Below, piece by piece: positions 19,479-30,179 of a DNA stretch of 64,000 bases. The stretch's first letter is position 1, and every line of letters starts with the position of its first letter. The notes beneath the pieces were generated by a model. It was not told the origin of the DNA and made no database searches. It worked only from the letters and a program-made list of their open reading frames with translations. The DNA comes from Dehalococcoidia bacterium (lineage in GTDB: Bacteria; Chloroflexota; Dehalococcoidia; GIF9; AB-539-J10), in NCBI GenBank assembly GCA_034431195.1, contig DAOUDP010000001.1, positions 179,385-243,384 on the forward strand, read 5' to 3'. Made by a program: the position numbers and the translations under genes.

Positions 19479-20720
19479 CTAATCTACACCACCTAACATA
19501 CCAGCAACCTGAGTCAAAGAGCTGACCTCCCGTTTCTCTCCGCTCTTGCGGTCAATAATGACAAAAGAGCCTTCACCAAGAACAGAAACAACCCATCGGT
19601 AATCCGCCGCTCTCCCTCCGGCCAAGTCAAGCTCAACTATATGCCCCGTGTTACGAAGCAATTGAGCCAAGCTAAAGCATGCCTCCATCACTCCTGGGGT
19701 TCTTCCACCTGCTTTAACTAACACCCCAGACTCACTACGCTCATCTTCCTTCAAGGAGAGCATCTTTATCACCGGCTCAACATAAATGGCAAATCCACAA
19801 GCTGGCATGTTCTTGCTGCCCATCAGCGATAGGAGCTCATCATACCTCCCACCACCACCAATTTTTTCGCCCCGGTAGAACAATTGAAGGCAAACTCCAG
19901 TGTAATACTCAAAGCCATGTATGGCAGCAATATCAATCCAATAATCACATTTCAAGTCATCCAACAACCTGACAATGTCGGTGAAATCACTAAGATTGGA
20001 TTTTAGCCCCGCCGAAGCTTGTGATGCTGGAAGTTCAACTTTCTTGAGGAAGTCGCTTAATTTCCCTTTAAAGTTCACCACAGAGGCAAGAAACCTATCC
20101 ACCTCAAGGTTATTTGATTTTACCTTCCTCCATGCCTGCCAATCACCATCCAAAATACGACCGAGCATTCCAGCTTCGTCTTTGGGGCTAAGTCCAAGTT
20201 CCTTAACCAGTGCCTTCGCCAAACCAGCGTGGGACAGCCGCAACTCCACCTCGCCAATACCGAGATTATGTAATAGCTCACGGGCTAACAACATCAGCTC
20301 TACATCTGCCATTGGACTAGCACCACCCAAGAACTCGACACCACATTGCCACCGCTCCCTGTTTTCCTTCCCCGTCTGCTCGAAAGCAAAGATGTCAGTG
20401 ACATAGAAAAGCCTGGCATCCTGCTGCTGGCTTAGATTTTCGATATAAAGTCTGGCTATAGGTATAGTGCCATCCGGTCTGAGCACCACCCTTTCTCCAC
20501 TCCACCCATCCCAATCAAGAAAGGAATATGCCTTGCCCAATTTGCTAGGAGTGAGTGTTCCTGTAGCGGTAAATAGGTGGAGATATTCCAAGCTTGGTGT
20601 CCTTACTTCTCGGTACCCCCACTTAACACAGCAATTGCGGAAGGTATCCTCAATATAGCGAAATCGTCGCATATCATCGGGGAGTAAATCCCTCATGCCT
20701 TTACAGCGCTGGCTTTCCAT
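19479..20720 (-). CDS. hisZ: HisRS paralog, likely ATP phosphoribosyltransferase regulatory subunit HisZ; a genuine HisS is not excluded
   Basis: Class II aaRS-like sequence (GMRDLLPDD...LRPDGTIPIARLY...GGGRYDEL) with a partly degenerate motif 2 (FAFEQTGKENRERWQ); retains a C-terminal anticodon-binding-like domain; sits at the head of the his operon next to short-form-type HisG. Confidence 0.55.
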   Translation of the reverse strand: MESQRCKGMRDLLPDDMRRFRYIEDTFRNCCVKWGYREVRTPSLEYLHLFTATGTLTPSKLGKAYSFLDWDGWSGERVVLRPDGTIPIARLYIENLSQQQDARLFYVTDIFAFEQTGKENRERWQCGVEFLGGASPMADVELMLLARELLHNLGIGEVELRLSHAGLAKALVKELGLSPKDEAGMLGRILDGDWQAWRKVKSNNLEVDRFLASVVNFKGKLSDFLKKVELPASQASAGLKSNLSDFTDIVRLLDDLKCDYWIDIAAIHGFEYYTGVCLQLFYRGEKIGGGGRYDELLSLMGSKNMPACGFAIYVEPVIKMLSLKEDERSESGVLVKAGGRTPGVMEACFSLAQLLRNTGHIVELDLAGGRAADYRWVVSVLGEGSFVIIDRKSGEKREVSSLTQVAGMLGGVD

Positions 20721-20776
20721 CCCAAAAACCTATATTACCCAGTTTGCCTCATTCTATACTACCCCCTCATCTTGCT

Positions 20777-21706
20777 TCAATGAGGAAGCATCTCCAGGAC
20801 TTGCTTTAATTCCTCAGGCAAAGGAGCGCTAAATTCAAGGTATTGATTGGTTGACGGCGAACAGAAACCAAGCCGCTGAGCATGAATGAATTGCCGACCA
20901 AGATAAGCTAATTTCACACCGTAAACGGGGTCACCAACCACAGGATAACCAATAGTGGCAAGGTGCACCCTTATTTGGTGTGTCCGCCCTGTTTTGGGCA
21001 TCACCTCGAGTAGAGTATAATCACCAAAATATCGGTTAACCTGGTAATGTGTTATTGCCTCCCTCCCTCCTTCCACTATCGCCATCCGCTTGCGATTTCT
21101 CGGGTCTCGCCCAATAGGCAACTCGATTGTCCCCCGACCAGGAAATACCCTCCCGTTAACCAGAACGAGGTAACTCTTGGTTACTGTTTTACCTTTGAAC
21201 TGGTTAATCAGAGAAACTCGAGCGGATTCATTTTTAGCAACAACGATGAGCCCTGAAGTATCTTTATCCAGCCTATGGACTATACCTGGTCGCACCAAGC
21301 CACCACTCCCTTCCAAACCGGGACAATGCGCCAGAATAGCATTAACTAAAGTATGGTCGGGATGCCATGGAGCTGGGTGAATGGTTAAGCCAGCAGGTTT
21401 ATCCACCACAATAATCTCGTTGTCTTCATAAATTATATTCAGAGGAATTGATTCAGCTTTCGGGAGAGTAGGCAAGGGAGGAAATTCAATGGTTATTCTG
21501 TCTTCTCCAGCCAATTTCCGACTCGCCTTAGCCTGCCGTTGATTAACTAAAATATAGCCTTGCTCAATTAATTTCTGTAAGTAAGCTCGAGAAAATTGAG
21601 GAAATGTCTTAGCTAAATAACTATCGAGGCGAATCCCCGATGTGGGAACAGTGAGATGAAGCATTTTAGCCTTTGGAAGTGCGTCCATGGTGATATACCC
21701 TGGCAA
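20777..21706 (-). CDS. rluD: RluA-family 23S rRNA pseudouridine synthase (RluD-like)
   Basis: S4-like N-terminus followed by HRLDKDTSGLIVVAKN catalytic motif. Confidence 0.85.
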   Translation of the reverse strand: MPGYITMDALPKAKMLHLTVPTSGIRLDSYLAKTFPQFSRAYLQKLIEQGYILVNQRQAKASRKLAGEDRITIEFPPLPTLPKAESIPLNIIYEDNEIIVVDKPAGLTIHPAPWHPDHTLVNAILAHCPGLEGSGGLVRPGIVHRLDKDTSGLIVVAKNESARVSLINQFKGKTVTKSYLVLVNGRVFPGRGTIELPIGRDPRNRKRMAIVEGGREAITHYQVNRYFGDYTLLEVMPKTGRTHQIRVHLATIGYPVVGDPVYGVKLAYLGRQFIHAQRLGFCSPSTNQYLEFSAPLPEELKQVLEMLPH

Positions 21707-22169
21707 ATAATTCTATACGATAAAGGGAATAAATGAATAAAAGGATGCCAGCCACTATAGCAGCATCCGCGAAATTAAATGCTGGCCAGTGGAAATTGTT
21801 CCAGAGCCGAAGATCAACGAAATCAACGACATAGCCGAAACGAAAGCGATCTATCAAATTACCGGTGGCGCCACCAAAAAGCAAACCAAGCGATACATTG
21901 CTTAAAGCAGCCTTAGATAATAAGTAATGTCGCACCAACAAAATGATAATTAAGACTGCTATAGTGGTAGCGATAAGAAGGGAAACCTGTCCCGGCAGCA
22001 AGCCAAAAATGGAGCCAGTGTTCTCACGATATACTAAATTCAGGAAACTTTCTCCAGAGGGCGGCAATAAGGCTGAATTGCTCCTCACCCATAGCTTAGT
22101 CAGTTGGTCGAGGGCGATTATTGAAGCAGCAGCAACCAAAAACAGCTTAAGTTGCCCTTTATCTTGCAT
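21666..22169 (-). CDS. lspA: lipoprotein signal peptidase II
   Basis: DQLTKLWV...NTGSIFG...GGATGNLIDR...VVDFVD...FNFADAAI motifs; overlaps the rluD start, as in lspA-rluD operons. Confidence 0.85.
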   Translation of the reverse strand: MQDKGQLKLFLVAAASIIALDQLTKLWVRSNSALLPPSGESFLNLVYRENTGSIFGLLPGQVSLLIATTIAVLIIILLVRHYLLSKAALSNVSLGLLFGGATGNLIDRFRFGYVVDFVDLRLWNNFHWPAFNFADAAIVAGILLFIYSLYRIELFARVYHHGRTSKG

Positions 22170-22524
22170 CCCTCGTCTGGCGCGCTTTGCAGCTCAAGCA
22201 CAAGTTTGCTTGAGGCAACGCTTCAAGACGGGCTGGCTCTATGGGCTTGCCACAAGAGTCACATAATCCATAAGTCCCTGCGTCATACTTCTCCAAGACA
22301 TGGTCTATTTCAGCAAGAGATTTCTTCAACCTCTTCTCCAAATCCAGCCTCTTTTCTAACTCCAAGACCTGGCTTGCCTCCTCCCCTCTTTTGCCAAACG
22401 GACCGCCAGCCCTTCTTTCCAATTCTTGTTGGAAACTCTGCATCTGTTCGAGCTCCTGTAACAATCGCTTTCTTTCAGCTTTCAACCGTTTCAAAAGTTC
22501 ACTAAATTCAGCCACTTTGTCCAC
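22159..22524 (-). CDS. DksA/TraR-family C4 zinc-finger protein
   Basis: Coiled-coil N-terminus plus CDSCGKPIEPARLEALPQANLCLSC zinc finger. Confidence 0.7.
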   Translation of the reverse strand: MDKVAEFSELLKRLKAERKRLLQELEQMQSFQQELERRAGGPFGKRGEEASQVLELEKRLDLEKRLKKSLAEIDHVLEKYDAGTYGLCDSCGKPIEPARLEALPQANLCLSCKARQTRDAR

Positions 22525-22540
22525 CTCAATGTAAGTTGAA

Positions 22541-24139
22541 CTAGATTCTGGTAAAAACGTTTCTTATGTTAGGGTGTAAAGCACCACCAATTTGTTCTAC
22601 TGTGTCACACCTGATTCTGTTGAGCTCTTTCTGCTTCTCCTCAAATTCAATTTTGGAATAAATCTTCTCAGGATGCAAGTAAACATTGTCTACTTGCCTT
22701 ATCGCTCTAGGCACCTTAAAGCCTGTAGGCGAATCTATCCAATCTTCAAGCCCTCCTCTTAGCAGGGAATCTAATATCGCCATGGTAAATTCCAATTTTA
22801 TATCGTGATAAAGTGCCTCTTGGCCTATCCCGCCGGTATTTAATAAGAAGTAATTCATATGAGGAAGCCCCCTCATTATTTCATAAAATTTATTTGTGTG
22901 CTCCGCTCTACCACCAGCTATAAATGGGTCATAGAAGAACTCGCTCCTTATCTTCCCCGCCTGAGTTGGGTCACCAGCAGATGACTCCACTGATTGCCCC
23001 AAAATCATCAGGGCTGTCGCTTGCTCTAAAGTTAATTGCGATATCGCTGGAATCAACGGCCCTCTGGTGATAAGAATCAGGTTATCCACCCTATCAACAT
23101 CAATATAAGGGCTGGCATGCATAAAATCTTTCCTGCGTATAACCGCTCTCCCGTTTGATGTTCTTTCAAAATTGTAAAAATCGAAATCTTTATCTTCAGT
23201 CACATAAACGTTCTCACAAAGAGTTTCTGGTTTCAACAGACCATAGAATATCTCCACCTGATTTCCAGGATTTACACTCTCGGTTTTCACAAATACTCCC
23301 CCCGCTTCGAAACCATGGAAGGAACCATCAGGCATGAGGGTTCCACCATCGTCCTGGATAAGCCAGGATTTTTCGCTATCTTTCCTGGCCAAAATCTTGC
23401 ATGTGGTGGTTGTTTTCCCATTTGCAGTCAAGGCAACGAGCAATGTCCTTACAGTTCTATAATCCCCATGTGCTGATTGAAGGCAATCCTCCCTACAGCC
23501 AGCATGCAGGAAAATTCCGTCACCAAAAGTTTTACGAGCCCAGTCTTCAGAAGCAAAAACACCCTTTTTATACTCACCGATATAATTGCTGTTCCGGACT
23601 ATCTTGATAATCCTGCCATTGCTAAGCATAGCCAATCTTATAGTGATGTCCTTTTGAGGAAGTGGTTTTGATTTATTGGGTTCAAAAGCCCCATCAGTGA
23701 ACATTACAATCTCATATGTTGGCTGCTCAACTTCCTCCTTCACGGGAACAAAAAGATTCCCGCCACCATAGGCAACATGAGCAAATCGTTCGGGAACAAT
23801 CAACCTGACCGTAGTGTTGCTATTTATATTGCCCACAATTCTGTCAATAGAGATTAATTTTTCCTTGCTTAAAGCTTGCTCACATTGAGCTAGTAGTTGT
23901 AGCTCTTCTTCACCAAAAGGATGGTCAACGCTGTTTTTGGTAAACATCGCCGCCCTGGAACTGGGCTCACTTTCAGCAACAAAATTACCATAAATTGTCT
24001 TCTCTACCTCAGGTTCTTTTTCCACAAGCACCCTTAATTCTTCAGCAGAAGGATTATCTAGTAACCTATTTCCCTCCATTGCCTTCTGCCTAATCCTATC
24101 AACAGTTAACGCAAATTGTTCTAACTCAATTTCTGACAT
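22541..24139 (-). CDS. pckA: phosphoenolpyruvate carboxykinase (ATP)
   Basis: Kinase-1a-like ALTANGKTTTT; IQDDGGTL, HGFEAGGVFVKT and NQVEIFYGLL align with the E. coli PckA motifs GLSGTGKTTLS, IGDDEHGW and FNFEGGCYAKT; 532 aa. Confidence 0.85.
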   Translation of the reverse strand: MSEIELEQFALTVDRIRQKAMEGNRLLDNPSAEELRVLVEKEPEVEKTIYGNFVAESEPSSRAAMFTKNSVDHPFGEEELQLLAQCEQALSKEKLISIDRIVGNINSNTTVRLIVPERFAHVAYGGGNLFVPVKEEVEQPTYEIVMFTDGAFEPNKSKPLPQKDITIRLAMLSNGRIIKIVRNSNYIGEYKKGVFASEDWARKTFGDGIFLHAGCREDCLQSAHGDYRTVRTLLVALTANGKTTTTCKILARKDSEKSWLIQDDGGTLMPDGSFHGFEAGGVFVKTESVNPGNQVEIFYGLLKPETLCENVYVTEDKDFDFYNFERTSNGRAVIRRKDFMHASPYIDVDRVDNLILITRGPLIPAISQLTLEQATALMILGQSVESSAGDPTQAGKIRSEFFYDPFIAGGRAEHTNKFYEIMRGLPHMNYFLLNTGGIGQEALYHDIKLEFTMAILDSLLRGGLEDWIDSPTGFKVPRAIRQVDNVYLHPEKIYSKIEFEEKQKELNRIRCDTVEQIGGALHPNIRNVFTRI

Positions 24140-24231
24140 TTCTCCCCCAAGAGGAATCCCAAATTCTAAACAAATTCAAAATCTAAATCCTCAATGTTTC
24201 GCATAGATATGAGCCCCTAGTATTTTAGTGT

Positions 24232-26130
24232 TTATACCTCGCGGAATTCACCTTCAACAGGACCTTCCTCTCCACCAGGGCCTTGCTGACCACCGGGACC
24301 CTGTTGACCACCGGGAGGTTGTTCACCAGGCTGTCCATAAACTGCACCACCAACCTTCTGCATAGCCTGCGACAGCTCTTGCGTGGCATTACGAACAGCA
24401 TCCATATCCTTGCCTTGAAGTGCTGAACGAACCGCAGCTATTTTGCCTTCTATTTCCTGTTTTAGCTCTTCAGGTATTTTGTCTCCATGGTCACGAAGCG
24501 TTTTCTCAGCAGTATAAGCAAGGTTATCAGCGGCGTTGCGAGCTTCGGTTTCCTCCTTACGTTTAACATCCTCAGCAGCATGCATCTCCGCTTCTCGCTT
24601 CATGCTGTCTACCTCTTCCTTGCTAAGCCCGCTGGAGGCGGTGATAGTGATTTTCTGTTCCTTCCCAGTGCCTTTATCCTGAGCACTGACATTAAGGATT
24701 CCGTTAGCATCAATATCGAAAGTAACTTCAACTTGAGGCATGCCTCTTGGCGCTGGCAGAATACCGTCGAGCATGAAACGGCCTAAAGTTCGATTATCTG
24801 CCGCCATAGGACGTTCTCCTTGGAGAACATGTATCTCCACGCTTGGTTGACTATCAGCAGCAGTGCTGAAAATCTGGCTCTTTGAGGTGGGAATGGTGGT
24901 ATTACGGGGAATAAGCGTCGTAGCTACTCCTCCCAGAGTCTCTATGCCTAAAGTAAGCGGGGTAACATCGAGGAGGAGAATTTCTCCCACCTCACCTTTG
25001 AGCACTCCTGCCTGAATCGCAGCACCTAAAGCCACTGCCTCATCAGGATTGACTCCTTTCACCGGTTCCCGACTAAAAAACTGCCTTAAAGCATCCTGAA
25101 CCTTAGGCATCCTCGTCTGCCCACCAACTAAAATTACATTGTTAACCTGGCCTGGTTGCAGGCCGGCGTCAGCTACAGCTTGACGACAGGGACCAAGACT
25201 TCTCTCTATTAAGTCAGCCGATAGTTGCTCCAGCTTGGCTCGGCTAAGCGTCATGGCAAGATGCTTTGGACCAGAAGCATTAGCGGTAATGAATGGAAGA
25301 TTTATCTCTGTTTGAACCACCGAGGATAGCTCTTTCTTAGCCTTTTCAGCAGCATCTTTTAACCGCTGTAATGCCATCTTGTCCTGACTTAAGTCAATGC
25401 CCTGCTCTTTCTTAAATTCGTCACATATCCAGTCCATAACTCTCTGGTCAATGTCATCCCCCCCAAGGTGGGTATCACCGTTAGTTGACTTGACCTGAAA
25501 AGTGCCCTCCCCTATATCAAGCAGGGAGATATCGAAAGTGCCTCCGCCAAGGTCATAAACGGCGATGGTTTCGTCTTTCTTCTTATCCATCCCATAGGCT
25601 AGCGATGATGCTGTGGGTTCATTAATAATGCGGAGAACGTTAAACCCAGCTATGGTTCCAGCATCTTTAGTCCCCTGTCTCTGACTATCATTAAAGTAAG
25701 CAGGCACAGTAACCACAGCATCAGTGACCTTCTCCCCGAGATAAGCTTCAGCATCAGCTTTCAGTTTTTGCAATATCATCGCTGAAATTTCCTGCGGACT
25801 ATACTCCTTATCCCCCATAATCACCCGGCAATCGTCATTGGGTGCTTTAGTGATTTTGTATGGTAAACGCTTCATATCCTCCTGGACTGAAGGATCACTA
25901 AACTTACGCCCGATAAGACGCTTCACGCTGAAAATAGTGTTATCAGGGTTAACCACTGCCTGGCGCTTAGCTATTTCTCCTACTAAACGTTCCCCCGTCT
26001 TGCTTATCGCTACCACCGAAGGAATTAGATTTCCACCTTCAGCACTGGGGATAATCTTGGGCTCCCCTCCTTCCATAACCGCCACTACACTCAGCGTGGT
26101 CCCTAAATCAATCCCTACTGCCTTTGCCAT
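24232..26130 (-). CDS. dnaK: molecular chaperone DnaK (Hsp70)
   Basis: GIDLGTT...canonical Hsp70 sequence; Gly/Pro/Gln-rich C-terminus. Confidence 0.95.
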   Translation of the reverse strand: MAKAVGIDLGTTLSVVAVMEGGEPKIIPSAEGGNLIPSVVAISKTGERLVGEIAKRQAVVNPDNTIFSVKRLIGRKFSDPSVQEDMKRLPYKITKAPNDDCRVIMGDKEYSPQEISAMILQKLKADAEAYLGEKVTDAVVTVPAYFNDSQRQGTKDAGTIAGFNVLRIINEPTASSLAYGMDKKKDETIAVYDLGGGTFDISLLDIGEGTFQVKSTNGDTHLGGDDIDQRVMDWICDEFKKEQGIDLSQDKMALQRLKDAAEKAKKELSSVVQTEINLPFITANASGPKHLAMTLSRAKLEQLSADLIERSLGPCRQAVADAGLQPGQVNNVILVGGQTRMPKVQDALRQFFSREPVKGVNPDEAVALGAAIQAGVLKGEVGEILLLDVTPLTLGIETLGGVATTLIPRNTTIPTSKSQIFSTAADSQPSVEIHVLQGERPMAADNRTLGRFMLDGILPAPRGMPQVEVTFDIDANGILNVSAQDKGTGKEQKITITASSGLSKEEVDSMKREAEMHAAEDVKRKEETEARNAADNLAYTAEKTLRDHGDKIPEELKQEIEGKIAAVRSALQGKDMDAVRNATQELSQAMQKVGGAVYGQPGEQPPGGQQGPGGQQGPGGEEGPVEGEFREV

Positions 26131-26677
26131 CGTTTTTCTCCTCTGTTTCTTCTTTCCCCTTGCCCACCACTACCAAACTGGGGCGAATCACTCTATCTTT
26201 CAACCTATAACCTTTCTGAATTTCCTCTAATATCACCCCTTCCTCCCCTGCTCGGCCCATCACTGCCTCATGTAAATGTGGATCAAACCTTTCACCTTTA
26301 GCCTTGATTTCGGTTACTCCCGCCTTTTCCAGCGCTGCCTTAAGGCTATTATATATAATTTTAATGCCCTCAATCCAATTCATTTCACAGAGTTCAGAAG
26401 GTAATGAATCAAAAGCTCTTTCAAAATCATCTATAATAGGCAATAAACTCAAGATAAGCGTGCTATTACCAAAATCTACAATCTCTTGTTTTTCCTGCTC
26501 GGCATGCTTTCTGTAGTTAGCAAGATCAGCTTGAGCTCTTTGCCAATTCGCTAAGTATTTCTCCGCTTCTTTTTCTTGCTCCGCTAAAGCTTGCTGTAGA
26601 GCCTCAATATCCTCTGCCTTTACCTCCTCAACACCAGCTTCAGTTGTTTCGTCATTAGTTAATCCTTCTTCAGACAA
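26108..26677 (-). CDS. grpE: nucleotide exchange factor GrpE
   Basis: GrpE-like coiled-coil plus C-terminal beta domain; sits between hrcA and dnaK. Confidence 0.9.
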   Translation of the reverse strand: MSEEGLTNDETTEAGVEEVKAEDIEALQQALAEQEKEAEKYLANWQRAQADLANYRKHAEQEKQEIVDFGNSTLILSLLPIIDDFERAFDSLPSELCEMNWIEGIKIIYNSLKAALEKAGVTEIKAKGERFDPHLHEAVMGRAGEEGVILEEIQKGYRLKDRVIRPSLVVVGKGKEETEEKNDGKGSRD

Positions 26678-26691
26678 AGTTTAGAACCCCC

Positions 26692-27711
26692 CTAGATGTA
26701 TTCAGCTACCGATTCGCTCAACAATGTAGAAACAGAATTCACTGAGGAAATAGCTCGGGAATAATCCATCCGCTTCGGACCAAGCACGCCAATAATGCCA
26801 CTTGCTTTACCAGAAACTCCATATTGCCCAACTACCAGACTAAAATCCTGTAGTGCCTCCTCCCTATTCTCTTCACCTATGATTACCTCTGCCTTTTCCA
26901 TGCTAACTCGCTGTCCAAGCACGCTTGCTAGCCAACTCTCCGTCTCTAACAGCTCTAATATAGTGATTATCCTGGGACTTTGATGGAATTCAGGCTGGTT
27001 TAATAGCAGACGTAATCCTTCAATGTAAGGCCTACCATATTCCTGCCTATTCTCTACTTCCATTATATCCACTACCGCCTGAGCCACTATCTTTTCCTCA
27101 GGGGAAAGCTTTGGCTCACTAGCTGCAATTTCACTGCCTGTCGTCCCCACATAAATAGCATTAAACTTGTTGGACAAGGTGGTTAACTCATCCTGAGAAA
27201 TTACTTCATCAAAAGATAAGATTCGTTGTTTGACTCCCACTCCATATAGAACTAAGATTAGCAAGGCTACGAAATCCTGCAAGCTCACTAAGTCAAGGTG
27301 TTTAAGCCGACTTTCCGGTGCCCTTGGCGATGTTATTATTGCCAGATTATGAACAAATCTGGCCAGAAAGAACACCGCTAACCTTAGTTGCTGCTCAATC
27401 TTATCTTTTGCTTCCCGAAATAGTTGATAGAAAAAGTATTGCTCATTCTCGCCGAGGTCAAGTGCATTTCCCAGCAGTTCTACATAGTAACGATAAGCTT
27501 TATCAGTAGGAACGCTACCTGCAGAATGGTGAGGATGGGTAATATATCCCTCGCTCTCTAAATAGGCCACATCATTGCGAATGGTGGCTGGACTTACCTC
27601 CAGAGTGTAATCCTCAGCGATGCTCCCCGAGGCAACAGGCACCGCCCTGGAAATATACTCACCAACTATTATCTTCAAAATAGTTTCTCTTCTTTCTTCC
27701 AGTGAGGTCAT
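26692..27711 (-). CDS. hrcA: heat-inducible transcription repressor HrcA
   Basis: RRETILKIIVGEYISRAVPVASGSIAEDY...SPATIRNDVAYLESEGYITHPHHSAGSVPT. Confidence 0.9.
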   Translation of the reverse strand: MTSLEERRETILKIIVGEYISRAVPVASGSIAEDYTLEVSPATIRNDVAYLESEGYITHPHHSAGSVPTDKAYRYYVELLGNALDLGENEQYFFYQLFREAKDKIEQQLRLAVFFLARFVHNLAIITSPRAPESRLKHLDLVSLQDFVALLILVLYGVGVKQRILSFDEVISQDELTTLSNKFNAIYVGTTGSEIAASEPKLSPEEKIVAQAVVDIMEVENRQEYGRPYIEGLRLLLNQPEFHQSPRIITILELLETESWLASVLGQRVSMEKAEVIIGEENREEALQDFSLVVGQYGVSGKASGIIGVLGPKRMDYSRAISSVNSVSTLLSESVAEYI

Positions 27712-27738
27712 TTAGCACTTCCCCTATGAGATTGCTAA
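27712..27738. promoter_or_regulatory. CIRCE operator (HrcA binding site) abutting the hrcA start codon
   Basis: TTAGCACTT-N9-GATTGCTAA versus consensus TTAGCACTC-N9-GAGTGCTAA, with one mismatch per half-site. Confidence 0.7.
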
Positions 27739-27798
27739 TCTGTTTGAATGTATCACTTCTAGCTTCAACTGTCAACCAGGTTCGGCTTAAATTGACTA

Positions 27799-29088
27799 GT
27801 GCAAAGGGAAGGTAGTATGATAACACCGAGCATGGCTATCAAAACAACTTCTTTTATTGCCCGGCATGATGCTGAGGTAGCTCAGATTATGGAGCAGGAG
27901 AAGAAGAGACAAGCAAGCACCATAGATCTTATTGCCTCCGAAAATCACGCTGACCGTGCAGTGCTTGAAGCTCAGGGGTGCCTGATGACTGACAAGTATG
28001 CTGAAGGCTATCCAGGGCGTCGTTATTATGGTGGTTGCACTTATATAGATGCCGTGGAGACATTAGCCATTGAAAGAGCGAAGAAATTATTTAATGCCGC
28101 GCATGCCAATGTGCAGCCTCACAGCGGCGTTCAAGCTAACATGGCAGTTTACGCAGCTTTACTTCAGCCCGGTGACACCGTGATGGGCATGAGACTCGAC
28201 CAGGGTGGACATCTTTCTCACGGTGCAAAGGGCAGTTTCTCAGGGAAATTATATAACTTTGTCTCTTACGGCGTGAACCGTGAAACCGAAATGCTTGATT
28301 ACGATGAGCTAGAAAAACTCGCCGCGGAACACAAGCCTGAACTGATTATCGCTGGAGCTAGTGCTTATCCCCGAACCATTGACTTTGAACGCTTCCGCTA
28401 CATTGCTGACAAAGTGGGTGCCAAATTACTGGTTGATATGGCCCACACAGCGGGCATAATTGCTGCCAGACTTCACCCTGCCCCCATTCCTCATGCTGAC
28501 GTGGTCACCGCGACCACTCAAAAGACGCTGCGTGGCCCACGAGGTGGCTTTATTCTGTGTAAGCAGGAGCTAGCCTCAGTCATTGATGACGCTGTTTACC
28601 CAGGAATTCAGGGAGGCCCTTTAATGCATGCCATTGCAGCAAAGGCAGTTTGCTTTTTCGAAGCCATGCAACCCGACTTCATCACTTATCAACAGTCAAT
28701 TCTCACAAACTGTAAAACATTGGCTTCCGAGCTTCAGAGGTATGGATTCCGTATCGTTTCTGGAGGCACTGATACCCATCTCGCTCTCGTAGACCTTACC
28801 TCCAAAGGAATAACAGGAAAGGATGCCGAAAGCGTACTGGAATCGGCTAACATTGTGGTAAACCGAAATACCATTCCCTTCGACCCCAAGCCACCTCGAA
28901 TTGCCAGTGGCATTAGAGTAGGCTCACCGGCAGTGACCACCAGAGGCTTTAGCACTGAAGAGATGAAACGTATCGCCTTCTGGATCTCAGATGTGCTTTC
29001 CCATCCCGACGATGAACACACTATAAACAAAACCCGCCAGGAAGTTGTGGAAATGTGCCAACATTTCCCCATACCAGCAATGCAATAG
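27799..29088 (+). CDS. glyA: serine hydroxymethyltransferase
   Basis: LIASENH...[14 protein letters not shown]...HANVQPHSG...SHGAKG motifs; the true start may be the ATG at 27817. Confidence 0.9.
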   Translation: MQREGSMITPSMAIKTTSFIARHDAEVAQIMEQEKKRQASTIDLIASENHADRAVLEAQGCLMTDKYAEGYPGRRYYGGCTYIDAVETLAIERAKKLFNAAHANVQPHSGVQANMAVYAALLQPGDTVMGMRLDQGGHLSHGAKGSFSGKLYNFVSYGVNRETEMLDYDELEKLAAEHKPELIIAGASAYPRTIDFERFRYIADKVGAKLLVDMAHTAGIIAARLHPAPIPHADVVTATTQKTLRGPRGGFILCKQELASVIDDAVYPGIQGGPLMHAIAAKAVCFFEAMQPDFITYQQSILTNCKTLASELQRYGFRIVSGGTDTHLALVDLTSKGITGKDAESVLESANIVVNRNTIPFDPKPPRIASGIRVGSPAVTTRGFSTEEMKRIAFWISDVLSHPDDEHTINKTRQEVVEMCQHFPIPAMQ

Positions 29089-29098
29089 TGAGGCAGCA

Positions 29099-30037
29099 AT
29101 GGACGAATTAAAGGTATTTAGTGGCAATGCCCATCCCTCCCTAGCACAATCAATTTGCGATTATCTTCAAATCCCTCTAGGCAGGGCCGATACTTTTGAA
29201 TTTTCTAATGAAAATATCTTTGTTCGAATCTTGGAAAATGTCCGTGAGCGGGATGTGTTTATTGTCCAGCCTATTTGCTCACCAGTCAATAAGAGCCTGG
29301 TCGAGTTATTAATCATGCTCGATGCTTTCCGAAGAGCTTCAGCAGGGCGAATCACCGCTGTCGTGCCCTACTATGGCTATGGACGCACCGATAAGAAAGA
29401 CCAGCCAAGAGTGCCTATCACTGCCCGTTTAATCGCTGACTTGATTGCCACCGCAGGAGCCAACAGGTTACTCACCGTCGATTTGCATGCCCCTCAGATT
29501 CAAGGCTTCTTTACCATACCTGTGGATGAGCTAGCTACCCTGTCAATCCTTCATCAATACTTTCAGAGGAAAAACCTAGATAACGTCACCGTAGTAGCCA
29601 CTGACATTGGCATCTCTAAGCGAGCTCGAGATTTCGCTGCCAAGCTTAACGCACCTCTGGCCATTATGGAAAAAAGACGCGTGGGAAATGCCGATGTCAC
29701 TGAAATCCTCAACATTATCGGTGATGTCCAGGGAAGGTGTGCCCTGACTGTCGATGATGAAATTGATACCGCCGGCTCCTTAATCGATACCGTAAACACA
29801 CTTTTAGAGCATGACGCTACCGAAGTTTATGCCTGTTGTACTCACCCTGTTTTCTCAGGTCCAGCTATTCAGCAAATAGCATCCAGCCCCGTGAAAGAGG
29901 TGGTAGTCACCGATACCATACCAGTTACCGGGAATAAAAAACTCGACAAGATTACCGTCCTGCCTATAGCCTCGCTTCTTGGGGAGGCTATCCAGCGTAT
30001 CCACACCGGCTCATCTGTGGGAGCTATGTTTGAGTAA
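29099..30037 (+). CDS. prs: ribose-phosphate pyrophosphokinase
   Basis: MDELKVFSGNAHPSLAQSI...DLHAPQIQGFF...; start set at the ATG preceded by GTGAGG rather than the upstream ORF extension that overlaps glyA. Confidence 0.9.
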   Translation: MDELKVFSGNAHPSLAQSICDYLQIPLGRADTFEFSNENIFVRILENVRERDVFIVQPICSPVNKSLVELLIMLDAFRRASAGRITAVVPYYGYGRTDKKDQPRVPITARLIADLIATAGANRLLTVDLHAPQIQGFFTIPVDELATLSILHQYFQRKNLDNVTVVATDIGISKRARDFAAKLNAPLAIMEKRRVGNADVTEILNIIGDVQGRCALTVDDEIDTAGSLIDTVNTLLEHDATEVYACCTHPVFSGPAIQQIASSPVKEVVVTDTIPVTGNKKLDKITVLPIASLLGEAIQRIHTGSSVGAMFE

Positions 30038-30179
30038 AAGTTTGCTGAAGCCAAAGAGGGAATCTAAACACAGAATGCTAAGCAATATCGAAGTCCAGAG
30101 GATGAGGGTTTTGAATTTAGAGCATTGAGATTTGGAATTTGTTTAGAGCCTAGAAATTAGAATCTGGGATTTATAGACG

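Noticed and set aside
19479-20720. Calling this gene hisS (catalytic histidyl-tRNA synthetase)
   Set aside because: Motif 2 arginines are partly substituted, and the gene heads an operon with short-form-type HisG domains that require HisZ. It is kept as HisZ-like, with HisS as the stated alternative.
29045-29098. Upstream extension of prs overlapping the glyA 3' end ([12 protein letters not shown]...)
   Set aside because: The internal ATG at 29099 is preceded by a GTGAGG Shine-Dalgarno sequence and gives the canonical Prs N-terminus; the extension is not conserved-looking.
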